NCBI GenBank assembly: GCA_963727175.1
Contig: CAVSFD010000002.1
Location: 3,928,782-3,992,781 of the forward strand
DNA: 64,000 bases
Direction: 5' to 3'
Source: an uncultured Spirochaetota bacterium
GTDB taxonomy: Bacteria > Spirochaetota > UBA4802 > UBA5550
Notes under the pieces: generated by a model
Seen by the model: only the letters and a program-made list of their open reading frames with translations
Databases searched by the model: none
What the model was told of the DNA's origin: nothing
Shown here: positions 53,055-62,709 of the stretch, in pieces
Numbering within the stretch: the first letter of the stretch is position 1
Layout of the letters: the number at the start of each line of letters is the position of its first letter
Translations under genes and position numbers: made by a program

Positions 53055-54893
53055 ATGAATCTTAAAACAATTATCCGGCGATTTGCATGGTTTGTTAATT
53101 TTCGCACCATGATAAAACTGACGATGTGGTGGATGCGGCCCCGGAGAAACCGGGTGCTATTTATATTCGAGGGTAGAGAATACACATATGGGGAGGTATA
53201 TAAACAATCATGTATATATGCCAATTTTTTCCTGTCTGAAAGAAAAAATCTGATTAATGCCGGAAAGCTCGGAACGAATGACAGGCTGTCACTGGGCATT
53301 TACATGGAAAACACGCCGGAATACGTCTTCGCCTCCTTTGCCGCGGGCCTGAGTAACTCGGTGCTCTTCGCCATCAATACCGGCTTTCGCGGAGATACTC
53401 TGGCGAAAGTTATAGACCAGGCAAAGATATCATTCCTTATAGTAAATATAAGTTCTGCCGAAGAAGTCAGGAAGGTGGCCGGGAATATAACCGTGATCAG
53501 GGCCGATGACATTTTCTGCGCCGGACCGGAAGATGAAGTGAAGAAGGCAGGATACCAGAGCCTGGCAGACGCACTGTCGAAATCGGAAGCGAAGGTGCCG
53601 TCGTTTTACCGCGTGCCTGTCGACAACTTCAGCCCGGTAATCGTCATTTACACATCAGGCACCACGGGACTTCCCAAAGGCGTTCCCTGCACCCATATCA
53701 AGCTGGTGGGTGCCGGGTTCGTCGTCCAGAACGCGGTCAGGCTCACCAGGAAGGACCGGGGCTACATTTCGATGCCCCTCTTTCATTCAAACGCCTGGTA
53801 CATAGGCATCCTGCCCCAGCTCATCGCCGGCGGCAGTTTTGTGCTTAAACGAAAGTTCAGCGCCAGCGCATTTGAAAAAGACATGCTGGAACATGGCGTG
53901 ACCTTCCTCAACTACGTGGGTCAGCCCCTTCACTATATCATTGACGCCCTCGAGAAGAAGTACGGAAGCGGAGATGAGATAGTGAAAGCCCTGGCCAATA
54001 ATCCGAAGAACAGGTTCCGTGTTGCCTATGGCAACGGGGCCTCTATCACAGACCGCAGGAACCTGATGCGCTATCTCGGCATGGAGCATATTTTCGAGAT
54101 CTACGGCTCCACCGAGGCGGTCATAACCACGGCAAACAGGCCAGGTGACCCGATTGAAAGCGTGGGGATGGCACCTAAAGACGTGATGATACTCAATGAA
54201 GAGGGGAACGTGTGCAAGCCGGGCGTGGCCGATGCAAACGGAAAACTAACAAACTACGACGAAGCGGTCGGCGAGATCTGCCGCAAGGTGGGAACGGACA
54301 ATCTCAGGTTCGACGGTTATTTCGACAATAAAGGCGCCACGAGCCAGAAATTCCGCAACGGCATGTACCATTCCGGGGACCTCGGCCATGTCCGCGTCAT
54401 AAACGGTAAACGCTATCTGTACTTTAACGGCCGCACCGACGACTGGATCCGCAAGGACGGCGAGAATTTTTCCGCGGAGAACGTGCTCCATTACGCGCAG
54501 GCCATTCCCGGCGTGGATATAGCCGTGGCATATGGTGCTCCCTGTCAGGTGGCGGACGAACATGTCATGATAACCGTCCAGATGAAGAGGAACTGCGCCT
54601 TCAGTCCCGACGAGACCTTTGCGTGGCTGACTCGACAGCAGAAAGAAGGGGGGATGGATCCCAAGTGGATGCCTGATTACATACGGGTCATCGACAGCTT
54701 TCCCGTCACTGACACGCAGAAAATCATGGTGAAGCCTTATAAGAAGGACTATTTCAACATCGAGAAGAACCCGGATATGCACATTTATTACCGGGAGCGC
54801 GGCGGAAACACGTACAATCTTATGACGCGGGAAAAATTTATTGAGATCAGGGAAGGATTTAAAAAGAACGGCCGGGAAAGTCTGCTCGTGTGA
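53055..54893 (+). CDS. AMP-forming acyl-CoA synthetase / ligase (ANL superfamily)
   Basis: AMP-binding motif IVIYTSGTTGLPKGV. The A8-A10 region includes YHSGDLG and the catalytic Lys. Start placed at the ATG at 53055 with an AGAGGAAG RBS. The ORF track extends upstream to 52917. Confidence 0.8.
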   Translation: MNLKTIIRRFAWFVNFRTMIKLTMWWMRPRRNRVLFIFEGREYTYGEVYKQSCIYANFFLSERKNLINAGKLGTNDRLSLGIYMENTPEYVFASFAAGLSNSVLFAINTGFRGDTLAKVIDQAKISFLIVNISSAEEVRKVAGNITVIRADDIFCAGPEDEVKKAGYQSLADALSKSEAKVPSFYRVPVDNFSPVIVIYTSGTTGLPKGVPCTHIKLVGAGFVVQNAVRLTRKDRGYISMPLFHSNAWYIGILPQLIAGGSFVLKRKFSASAFEKDMLEHGVTFLNYVGQPLHYIIDALEKKYGSGDEIVKALANNPKNRFRVAYGNGASITDRRNLMRYLGMEHIFEIYGSTEAVITTANRPGDPIESVGMAPKDVMILNEEGNVCKPGVADANGKLTNYDEAVGEICRKVGTDNLRFDGYFDNKGATSQKFRNGMYHSGDLGHVRVINGKRYLYFNGRTDDWIRKDGENFSAENVLHYAQAIPGVDIAVAYGAPCQVADEHVMITVQMKRNCAFSPDETFAWLTRQQKEGGMDPKWMPDYIRVIDSFPVTDTQKIMVKPYKKDYFNIEKNPDMHIYYRERGGNTYNLMTREKFIEIREGFKKNGRESLLV

Positions 54894-55061
54894 AATTTTC
54901 CGTAAGACTGTACGACATGCATAAGCAGGTTCCGCCTCTTATTCCCAGCGTAAGAGAGTGGAGGTAATCTATTAATTAAAAATTCACATGTTAAAATAAA
55001 TTGTAATAGACATGACGCGTCAGGACTAGTATATTTAGTAAAAATCCAGGAGTCTTGAACA

Positions 55062-55466
55062 ATGATCAACAAAAAGAAATTATTAGTCTTCATGTACTGG
55101 TACACAGCCCTTGGTGCAGGAATCTGCGGGCTTATCGTTCTTTTTTTTCCGGAATTAAGCCAGAACGCAATCCGGTCCCTCATGCCTTTTCCGGTCCAGG
55201 ATAAGTTCGTATACGGTTACATGGGAAGCGCGCTTCTGGCCTTTGGCGTGCTGACGGCCATGGGCATATCCCGGCCGATGAAATTCGTTCCGGTGCTCAT
55301 GCTTCAAATGGTGTATAAAATCATCTGGATCGCGGCTGTGGTCATTCCGAATGCGATTATGGGCGAACTTCCCCTCTATGCGATTCTCTACGCTATCGTG
55401 TTTTTAACCTACATAATCGGCGATATCATTGCTATCCCCTTTGGAGAATTGCTCAAGAAGGATTAA
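55062..55466 (+). CDS. small integral membrane protein (4 TM), hypothetical
   Basis: 134 aa with a GGAG RBS. No conserved motif recognised. Confidence 0.35.
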   Translation: MINKKKLLVFMYWYTALGAGICGLIVLFFPELSQNAIRSLMPFPVQDKFVYGYMGSALLAFGVLTAMGISRPMKFVPVLMLQMVYKIIWIAAVVIPNAIMGELPLYAILYAIVFLTYIIGDIIAIPFGELLKKD

Positions 55467-55511
55467 CCGGATTATCCGGTGTATTGCAATTAATGCACCG
55501 GATAGTTTATA

Positions 55512-57419
55512 CTAACCTGCCAGGAGACCCCGCTTATCCAGATCCTTCGCCACTTCCTGAAGTCCAAGTTCATCGAGAATTTCACTTTTCTGGAGTCCCG
55601 TGGCCGGGTCCCATCCCCGTAGAAGATAATATTCCTCAAGCATTTTCCCGAATTCAACCCGCCCGACAACGGCATTACGCCGCGAAACTACGATGCCGTC
55701 AGGCCCGGGTGCGGTCAGGTCCGGATCTGCGACATGCCCCGCAAGCGGTTCATCATGCCATTGCGCGGGAAGATAGTCCTCCTCCCGTGCCTTCCGGCCT
55801 TCGCGCAGGAGAATGGCGCGCTGGAGGTTGAATACACGTTCACCGTATCGGTTAAGGGACTCCTCGTCAGCGTTGATCCCCGTGACTGCTGAAAAGATAG
55901 CGCTTTCCACTAATGGGTCACCCACATGGTCATCAGCCACAGGCTTGTCCAGTACCGGGTACATCCAGTCGCACAGCATGAGGGACTCCTTGGCGTACTG
56001 CCGGTCCTGTATCCTCTTGGCAGCCAGGGCCTTTCCCTCAAAAGTGGTCTGGTCCATTGCTTCTTCGCCGCCCCAGAATTTTTTAGCTATTCCGCGCAGC
56101 ACATCGGTGGATATGTGCGAACCGGCCGTGCCCTTTACCCAGCTTACCCATTGCGCCATGGTGAGTCCCACTTCATGTATCTGCTGGATCGGTTCACGCG
56201 GTTCGAAGGGGAAAACCAGGGCGTTGGCAAGGTACAGACGGGGCTCGTACGGATCATTGTGCCTCACCAGCAATGCCGCAGTACCGCCAATCGCGGCGGC
56301 GGCCCTGTCGCGGCCGAGGGCAAGGGTATCACCGATTCCACGCCGGAAGGCAACCATGTCCGCGAGGACAGTTATGAATTCGAGGCTTCCCAGCCTGGAG
56401 AAGGGTATGCCCGTGTTTTCCTCGGTCAGGACGCCGGCGCCGTTGCAGGCAAGGAGCCAGTCCAGCAGCTTCTGGAGCTCCCAGGTGTCGAGGCCCCGGT
56501 CGTCGCAAAGCTTGTTCGCCTTGAAGGGCACGTCGTTCTCTGCGCGGTAATGCATGAGGGCGTGGACGAAATAAAAAAACCGCGACTGGCACATGAATTT
56601 GCCGTGCTCACCGTCATCCGCCCGGTAGCTCACCCGCAGGCAGTGTGCCATGCACCCGTAGCACGGCATCCTTTTTGTCTTTGGACCGTGTGCCATGAAG
56701 TCGAGGCCCCATACCTTGGTGTTGCCCCGCCTGATGCTCCTGACCATGTCGGCGATCTCACGAAGCCGGCCGGGACTTGCTATGGCTGCGCTCCGCCTGC
56801 TGCCGCGCACCGCGATGGCCTTGAGGTTTTTCGAGCCCATGACTGCTCCCATACCGCCTGAACAGCTCGCGTCCCCGTCAGCCAGCACAATTGCCGTGGA
56901 AACCAGGTTCTCTCCTGCCGGGCCTATGGCAGCCACTTTTACACGTGCTCCCATACGCTGCTGGATCATTGTCCTCGTTTCGATTGCTCCCCGTCCCCGG
57001 AACTCGGCTGCATCAACCAGTTCAACCGTGCTGTCCTGTATTGAAAGGATGACCGGACGTTCAGCGCGGCCCTCCAGCACAATCGCGTCATACCCGGCGA
57101 ACTTGAGCTCGGCGCCGAAGGCACCGCCAAGGTTGCCGTAGCAGAATTGCTCCGGCGAGGGAAAGGGGGATTTAGCGAATATTCCCCAGCGCGAGGCGCC
57201 GATGGAATGCACGCCGGCCATGGGGCCCAGTGCCACAATGAGCCGGTTTTCCGGGTCAAGAGCCCCTGTTTCCGGTGGCACCTCTTCCCAGTATATTTTC
57301 GCCGCCAGTCCGCGGCCCCCGAGAAAGCGATCGGCATATTCCGCGGTAGGACTGGTTGTTACTGCTCCGGAAGAAAGATTAACGCGTAGAATTGCACCCG
57401 CATATCCGTTATGTGTCAT
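55512..57419 (-). CDS. aldehyde:ferredoxin oxidoreductase family protein (AOR), second copy
   Basis: 635 aa with the same AOR architecture as 38952..40835 (N-terminal AOR_N domain, conserved Cys quartet). Sequence is divergent, so not a recent duplicate. Confidence 0.8.
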   Translation of the reverse strand: MTHNGYAGAILRVNLSSGAVTTSPTAEYADRFLGGRGLAAKIYWEEVPPETGALDPENRLIVALGPMAGVHSIGASRWGIFAKSPFPSPEQFCYGNLGGAFGAELKFAGYDAIVLEGRAERPVILSIQDSTVELVDAAEFRGRGAIETRTMIQQRMGARVKVAAIGPAGENLVSTAIVLADGDASCSGGMGAVMGSKNLKAIAVRGSRRSAAIASPGRLREIADMVRSIRRGNTKVWGLDFMAHGPKTKRMPCYGCMAHCLRVSYRADDGEHGKFMCQSRFFYFVHALMHYRAENDVPFKANKLCDDRGLDTWELQKLLDWLLACNGAGVLTEENTGIPFSRLGSLEFITVLADMVAFRRGIGDTLALGRDRAAAAIGGTAALLVRHNDPYEPRLYLANALVFPFEPREPIQQIHEVGLTMAQWVSWVKGTAGSHISTDVLRGIAKKFWGGEEAMDQTTFEGKALAAKRIQDRQYAKESLMLCDWMYPVLDKPVADDHVGDPLVESAIFSAVTGINADEESLNRYGERVFNLQRAILLREGRKAREEDYLPAQWHDEPLAGHVADPDLTAPGPDGIVVSRRNAVVGRVEFGKMLEEYYLLRGWDPATGLQKSEILDELGLQEVAKDLDKRGLLAG

Positions 57420-57505
57420 TATAATCTCCTTGTCGTTGATTGAAGGATCGCCGGAAGGCGCTTCTGTCTAATGAAGTGCCTGCGGCCGGACGCCGGCCCT
57501 GATTA

Positions 57506-58458
57506 TCACTTCTTTGCAGAACCGGCAAGCCAGGGAACGAGCCGCGATACTCTGCGGCGGTAATCAGCGTAACCGGAATACTTTCCGGCGCTGATCGATT
57601 CTGTGAACCAGACCGAGCCCTGGAACAGGATCGTGAGCGTGACTGCCCCGGCTATGGTCCAGTGGAGCCATGCCCCGGTGGCAGCGGGTACATACAGATA
57701 GAAGATCCACCACATGGATATCTCTGCAAAATAGTTGGGATGGCGCGAAATTGAATAGAGGCCTGTTGTTATGAAGCCATTTTTGAAATCGCCGTCGAGG
57801 GGTTCTCCGGCGGCGGTTCTTCTCTTTTTCTCCTGCTGGAAGCGCCACATCTGCTCGTCCGCGACAGTCTCAACGGCGAGCAGGGACAGGAACAGGAGGG
57901 CGAGGAAAAGATCCGTCAGCCCCGGATGTTCAGACCCTTCCAGGAGTACCGCACAGGCCGGCAGGGTTATGAGAAGCACCTGGATATGCTGGTACCCTGC
58001 AATGAAGGAAAGATTGAAGGCCTGCCACGCGGCAGGATTGGTGATTTTATTTTTGAGGTAGATCCACCGGTAGTCCTCTTCGGCGGTGTATCCGCCCTTA
58101 CGGGCGAAATTGAAGCTGAGCCGCGCTCCCCAGATCGTCGCAAGGCCCGCCATCAGTACCAGGCGGCATGTCAAAGTGGCCCCGGGCTGCGAAATACCAG
58201 GTGTATAGACACCGGGGTTATGCTCCAGAGCCTGTCGGTCTGTGAGTAGTCTCCGGTGATCCACGCCAGGACAAAGCAGGCGGCGATGATGCCGCCGCAG
58301 ATAACCGCTGATACATGCAGGGGGTTACCGGTTGTGAAGTAAAGCCAGGGAGAACCTGACGAAAATGCCGCCAGGAACGCAATAACGAAGATACTACATG
58401 CCAGTAGCAGTTGCACGATTTTCATGGTAATACTTCCTTTTTCCGGAGCATCAATCAA
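57506..58458 (-). pseudogene. DUF1295 / steroid-5-alpha-reductase-like membrane protein, one frameshift near 58171-58264
   Basis: N-terminal part is in ORF 58171..58458 (ITGDYSQTDRLWSITPV...). The C-terminal part is in 57506..58264 (ISRHPNYFAEISMWW). Confidence 0.5.
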
Positions 58459-58850
58459 TTGATCAAACGTTCCGGCTTTATATATTTTTTATTCATCCAC
58501 CTGATATATTGCGATGACAACTCGAGTCTGTCAACAACATATCATCGTCGGGTCCTTCGTTCTTCAATGAAATTTGGAAATAATATTTCAGGCCAATGCG
58601 CCAGGATCATGCTGCACGTTGTCGATCGCACCATGGTATTCACAGTCGTCATCTTTACACCAAAATAATATGGCTTCTGCACCGCATGAATCCCGCCTCC
58701 GTCATTAAAATCATGGGGTCACAACTGGGGAATGCAAAAAGTAAGGTGATTGTCATATCGTGATGCGCAGCAGCCATGCCGGTATTTTTCACATTACCCT
58801 TGACATTTTCCCGAGATCAGGGTCACACAGATTCAATAAAGGTATGGACC

Positions 58851-59294
58851 ATGCCATTATGTAAAAATACGATATTCGTCGAACGCTCCCTGGAAGCCGT
58901 GTTTGACGTTGCCACGATGGCCGGACACTGGACAGCGTGGCATCCCCAGTCCCTGGGCGTCAAGGGCGTCCTTGACCGCCCCATGCAGCTCAACGATACT
59001 ATACGTGAACTGGTCTCCTTCGCAGGACAGAAACGATGGTTCGATTGGACCTGCACACGCTGTATCCGGCCCCGCACGCTCCGGTTGGAAGGAAAAATCC
59101 GTGGCGCGAAAAGCTGCATCGAATACACGTTCATTTCAAAAGATGGGGGCACCGAATTTACGCGGCTTCTTTCGTATCGATTCCATCCTGTTTTCAAACC
59201 GTTCGAACTGTTAACCATGCCTCGCATGCGGAAACTCCAGACTGAATCCATGGCCCGCATGAAAGAGCTTCTCCTTAAAATGATACCACGATAA
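58851..59294 (+). CDS. SRPBCC (polyketide cyclase/START-like) family protein
   Basis: About 148 aa. N-terminal IFVERSLEAVFDVATMAGHWTAWHP resembles Polyketide_cyc2-type helix-grip proteins. Confidence 0.45.
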   Translation: MPLCKNTIFVERSLEAVFDVATMAGHWTAWHPQSLGVKGVLDRPMQLNDTIRELVSFAGQKRWFDWTCTRCIRPRTLRLEGKIRGAKSCIEYTFISKDGGTEFTRLLSYRFHPVFKPFELLTMPRMRKLQTESMARMKELLLKMIPR

Positions 59295-59506
59295 TGGATA
59301 TGCCACTCCCTATTGTTTTAAAAATCATGTCAAAATCAAACTTTACCAGATATATATACGCAAACCATTGATAGTATCAATTCCGCTGCCAGAAAATCAT
59401 AAAATGTATTCCGGTTTTTTAGTTCTATGTTATAATTATGAACGACAGGATCTGTTAAACATGTTAGAATCTGACCTCGTAATCGAATCATACATGGAGA
59501 ACGTCG

Positions 59507-60592
59507 ATGTCAGAACAAATATGGCTCAATGCAGCACAGGCGATAATCAGGGCGGGGACGCTGCCGATGCCCCTGACGGATGCCATCATGGAACTCATCA
59601 AGACCATCCTCACCGAGGAGCAGGCGCTCTTTGTTCCTGTTTTTTCCGGATCCATGAACCGTGACCAGGTCAGGGCCGGATCGGGGATGGAGGGAGATGA
59701 ACTTGATGCAATGCTGGGAAGCCTCATGGACAGCGGCGTTATAACCGGTACCCGGAGCAAGGGGAGCGGCACCATGGTGTACCGCCTCATGGGGCCCTTC
59801 CCGGGACTCTTTGAATTCACCATGATGCGGGGCGGCACCGGCGAAAAAGAAAAAAGACAGGCACAGCTTTTCGACAGGCTGTTCAACGAGCTTGCCGGGA
59901 TGGTGCAGAATAATTACGACCAGATCATCGCGGCGACCCGCGCGTTTCCTCCTGTTGCCAGGGTTGTTCCCATTGACGCCGCTATTGACCGCAACAAAGA
60001 CGCCGTGCTTCCCACGGAGGAAGTAAACAGGATCGTGGACAAGTTCGATACCATCGCGGTGACCACGTGCTATTGCCGCCACGAAAAGGAGCTCCTGGGC
60101 GAGCCGTGCAGGGTAACGAAGGAGAAAAACAACTGCCTGATGTTCGGGAAAATCGCACAGTTCGCCATGGAGCATAACTTTGCCCGGCCCATATCAAAGT
60201 ACGATGCCCGTCGCGTGCTCCGCGAATCAGCAAAGGCCGGACTGGTGCACAAGGCCATCCACGTGAACCTTGATCCTGAACGGGAGGAGGAGGCGATCTG
60301 CAACTGCTGCAAGTGCTGCTGCGGCACCTTCCAGATATATTACAAGGGCGCGTCGCCGCTTCATAACCTGTCGGCCTTCATGGCGGCCGTCGACATGGAC
60401 GCCTGTACCGGCTGCGGTCTGTGCGAAGAGAAATGTCCGATGGAGGCCATCGCCATCACTGAAGGCATTGCATCGATAACCGAGAATAAATGCATCGGCT
60501 GCGGCGTGTGCGCGTCACAGTGCCCGCAGGAGGCTCTTCATGTATATAAAACCGGCCTGAGGAAAGTCTTCGTGCCGCCGAAGAGAGCTTAA
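59507..60592 (+). CDS. Cys-rich Fe-S protein with C-terminal 2x[4Fe-4S] ferredoxin motifs (paralog of 23327..24163)
   Basis: TCYCRHEKELLGEPC motif, CNCCKCCCG cluster, CTGCGLCEEKCP and CIGCGVCASQCP ferredoxin motifs. 361 aa with a longer N-terminal domain than its paralog. Confidence 0.55.
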   Translation: MSEQIWLNAAQAIIRAGTLPMPLTDAIMELIKTILTEEQALFVPVFSGSMNRDQVRAGSGMEGDELDAMLGSLMDSGVITGTRSKGSGTMVYRLMGPFPGLFEFTMMRGGTGEKEKRQAQLFDRLFNELAGMVQNNYDQIIAATRAFPPVARVVPIDAAIDRNKDAVLPTEEVNRIVDKFDTIAVTTCYCRHEKELLGEPCRVTKEKNNCLMFGKIAQFAMEHNFARPISKYDARRVLRESAKAGLVHKAIHVNLDPEREEEAICNCCKCCCGTFQIYYKGASPLHNLSAFMAAVDMDACTGCGLCEEKCPMEAIAITEGIASITENKCIGCGVCASQCPQEALHVYKTGLRKVFVPPKRA

Positions 60593-60634
60593 TGATCAGT
60601 GTTTTGATCATATTCTATGACGAGGAGTTTTTCC

Positions 60635-62662
60635 ATGGATTACAGGACTGATACCCTGTGCGGATTATTTCATTCCAGGGCGCTTCACTATGGTGAGAGG
60701 CATGCATTTCTTACCGGAAGATATAACATGGACGGCAGCCCCGCCGACAGGATGATATGCATGTCCTGGAAGGAAGCCAGGGAGCAGGTACTCTATATGG
60801 CCGCAGGCCTGACCGCCCTGGGAGTGAAGCCCGGCGACCGGGTCATGATCTTTTCCGAAAGCATACCCCACTGGATTATCGTGGACCAGGCCATACAGGC
60901 CGCGGGGGCCATCGAAGTTCCCATATATCCCACGGTATCCCGTGAAGAACTGGCCTATATGATCAGGGACAGCGGTGCAAAAGTCGTTTTTGCCGCTGAC
61001 CGGGAAAAGGCTGCGATGGTCAGGAATAAACCTGCGGGTAAAAAGCCGCCCCATGTCATAGTCATGCGGCCAAGGGTAGACAAAAAGAAAGACGGCCTGT
61101 TATACTTCCCGGACCTGGTGTCCCTGGGGAAAAAGAAAAAAAACCGGGACAATGTCGAGAAACAGATAATGGAAGTCAGCCCCGACAGCACCGCGTCGAT
61201 CATCTATACCTCTGGCACGACGGGTATGCAGAAGGGTGTAGTGCTGAGCCAGAAAAACTGGATCGTCAACATGAGACAGGCCGCGGCTTCCGAACTGATG
61301 CAGTTCACCCTGAAAAAGGAAGCCCACCTCAAGGCTCTTGTCCACCTCCCGCTGTGCCACGTCCTGGGCAGGACTGCTGACTACCATGTCGTGGGTCTCT
61401 ATCTCGGCGGCGAACTGGTCTTCGCCGAGAATTTCCAGACCCTGGCCCGGGATCTCAGGGAAACAAGGCCCAATGTGATCACCTCGATCCCGCGTTTTTA
61501 CGAAAAGGTTTATGAATCGGTCCAGTCTGTAATGAGCAGGTCAAAAAAGCCGTATCAGATCATATTCAACTGGGCGCTGGGAAGAGGGAAGGTATATAAT
61601 GACAGCTTCGTCAAGGGGAGGCCCATGGGTCCCCACAGCATGCTGTTCTTCGTCCTCGCGAATATCCTTGTGTTCAACCGGCTGAAAAAAGAGATCGGCA
61701 TGGACCGGTTCGTCATGGCCGTGTCAGGCGGAGGAAAGCTCAACAAGGACGTATGCACCTTTTTCCGGGCCCTGGGGGTCCAGCTCATGGAAGGGTACGG
61801 ACTCACGGAAACCAGCCCGGTCATCAACATGAATACCCCTGATCTTATCTTCAAGAAGACCCCGGGTAAATTAAGAAAAAGATTCAATGCCTGGCTGATG
61901 GAGCTGACTGTTGACGTGATGATTGTCCGGCAGTCCCGCGGCGAGTCGCCTTTTCTTAACCCGATCTCTTCACTTAAACTGCTGATCTGTTATTACGCGA
62001 TACTCTACCGCATGATGGTGAAGCCGGGAACCGTCGGGCGGGCCATGCAGGAGACCGAGGAAATAATAGCGCCCGACGGCGAAATCCTGGTCAGGGGCCC
62101 GCAGGTGTTCAAGGAATACTGGAAGAAACCCGATGAAACCAGGGAATCCTTCACCGAAGATGGGTATTTTAAAACCGGCGATATTGGCTTTATTGATAAA
62201 GACGGTTTTCTGACAATTACCGATCGCAAGAAGGAACTCTTTGTGACATCGGGCGGGAAGAACGTCGCGCCGCACCCCATAGAGGTCTCCCTGACCCAGC
62301 GGCCCTACATAGAGCAGGCATGCCTGGTAGGCGACGGGCGCAAATACCTGGCAGCCCTTATAGTGCCCGATTTAGAAAGGCTGAAATATTTCGCCAGAAG
62401 TAAAAAGATTCCCTATACCGATCCCTCGGAACTGATTGATCATGATGAAGTAAAGGCCGCCATTGACAGGGAAATTCAGGCGGTGAATGCCACCCTGGCC
62501 AGGTACGAGCAGATCAAATACTACACGCTCCTCGCGACACCCTTCACGATAGAAAGCGGGGAGCTCACCCCGACGATGAAGCTTAAGCGCCGCATCGTCA
62601 ATGAACAGTATCGGGAAGTCATTGATGCGATGTATAACAGGGACATTGGATTATCGATGTAA
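60635..62662 (+). CDS. long-chain-fatty-acid--CoA ligase-like AMP-binding enzyme with ~60-aa insertion after the GYGLTETSPV motif
   Basis: IIYTSGTTGMQKGV (A3), GYGLTETSPV (A5), and PGTVGRAMQETEEIIAPDGEILVRGPQVFKEYW downstream of an inserted hydrophobic segment. GAGGAG RBS before the ATG at 60635. Confidence 0.8.
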   Translation: MDYRTDTLCGLFHSRALHYGERHAFLTGRYNMDGSPADRMICMSWKEAREQVLYMAAGLTALGVKPGDRVMIFSESIPHWIIVDQAIQAAGAIEVPIYPTVSREELAYMIRDSGAKVVFAADREKAAMVRNKPAGKKPPHVIVMRPRVDKKKDGLLYFPDLVSLGKKKKNRDNVEKQIMEVSPDSTASIIYTSGTTGMQKGVVLSQKNWIVNMRQAAASELMQFTLKKEAHLKALVHLPLCHVLGRTADYHVVGLYLGGELVFAENFQTLARDLRETRPNVITSIPRFYEKVYESVQSVMSRSKKPYQIIFNWALGRGKVYNDSFVKGRPMGPHSMLFFVLANILVFNRLKKEIGMDRFVMAVSGGGKLNKDVCTFFRALGVQLMEGYGLTETSPVINMNTPDLIFKKTPGKLRKRFNAWLMELTVDVMIVRQSRGESPFLNPISSLKLLICYYAILYRMMVKPGTVGRAMQETEEIIAPDGEILVRGPQVFKEYWKKPDETRESFTEDGYFKTGDIGFIDKDGFLTITDRKKELFVTSGGKNVAPHPIEVSLTQRPYIEQACLVGDGRKYLAALIVPDLERLKYFARSKKIPYTDPSELIDHDEVKAAIDREIQAVNATLARYEQIKYYTLLATPFTIESGELTPTMKLKRRIVNEQYREVIDAMYNRDIGLSM

Positions 62663-62709
62663 TATGGATTCCAGTTATGGACTATGTTGAGGTGATTGCG
62701 GAATCTTTC

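Noticed and set aside
55813-56861. Plus-strand ORFs of 245 and 311 aa overlapping the second AOR gene
   Set aside because: Antisense to a well-supported AOR gene. Pro/Arg/Ala-rich translation typical of GC-rich antisense frames.
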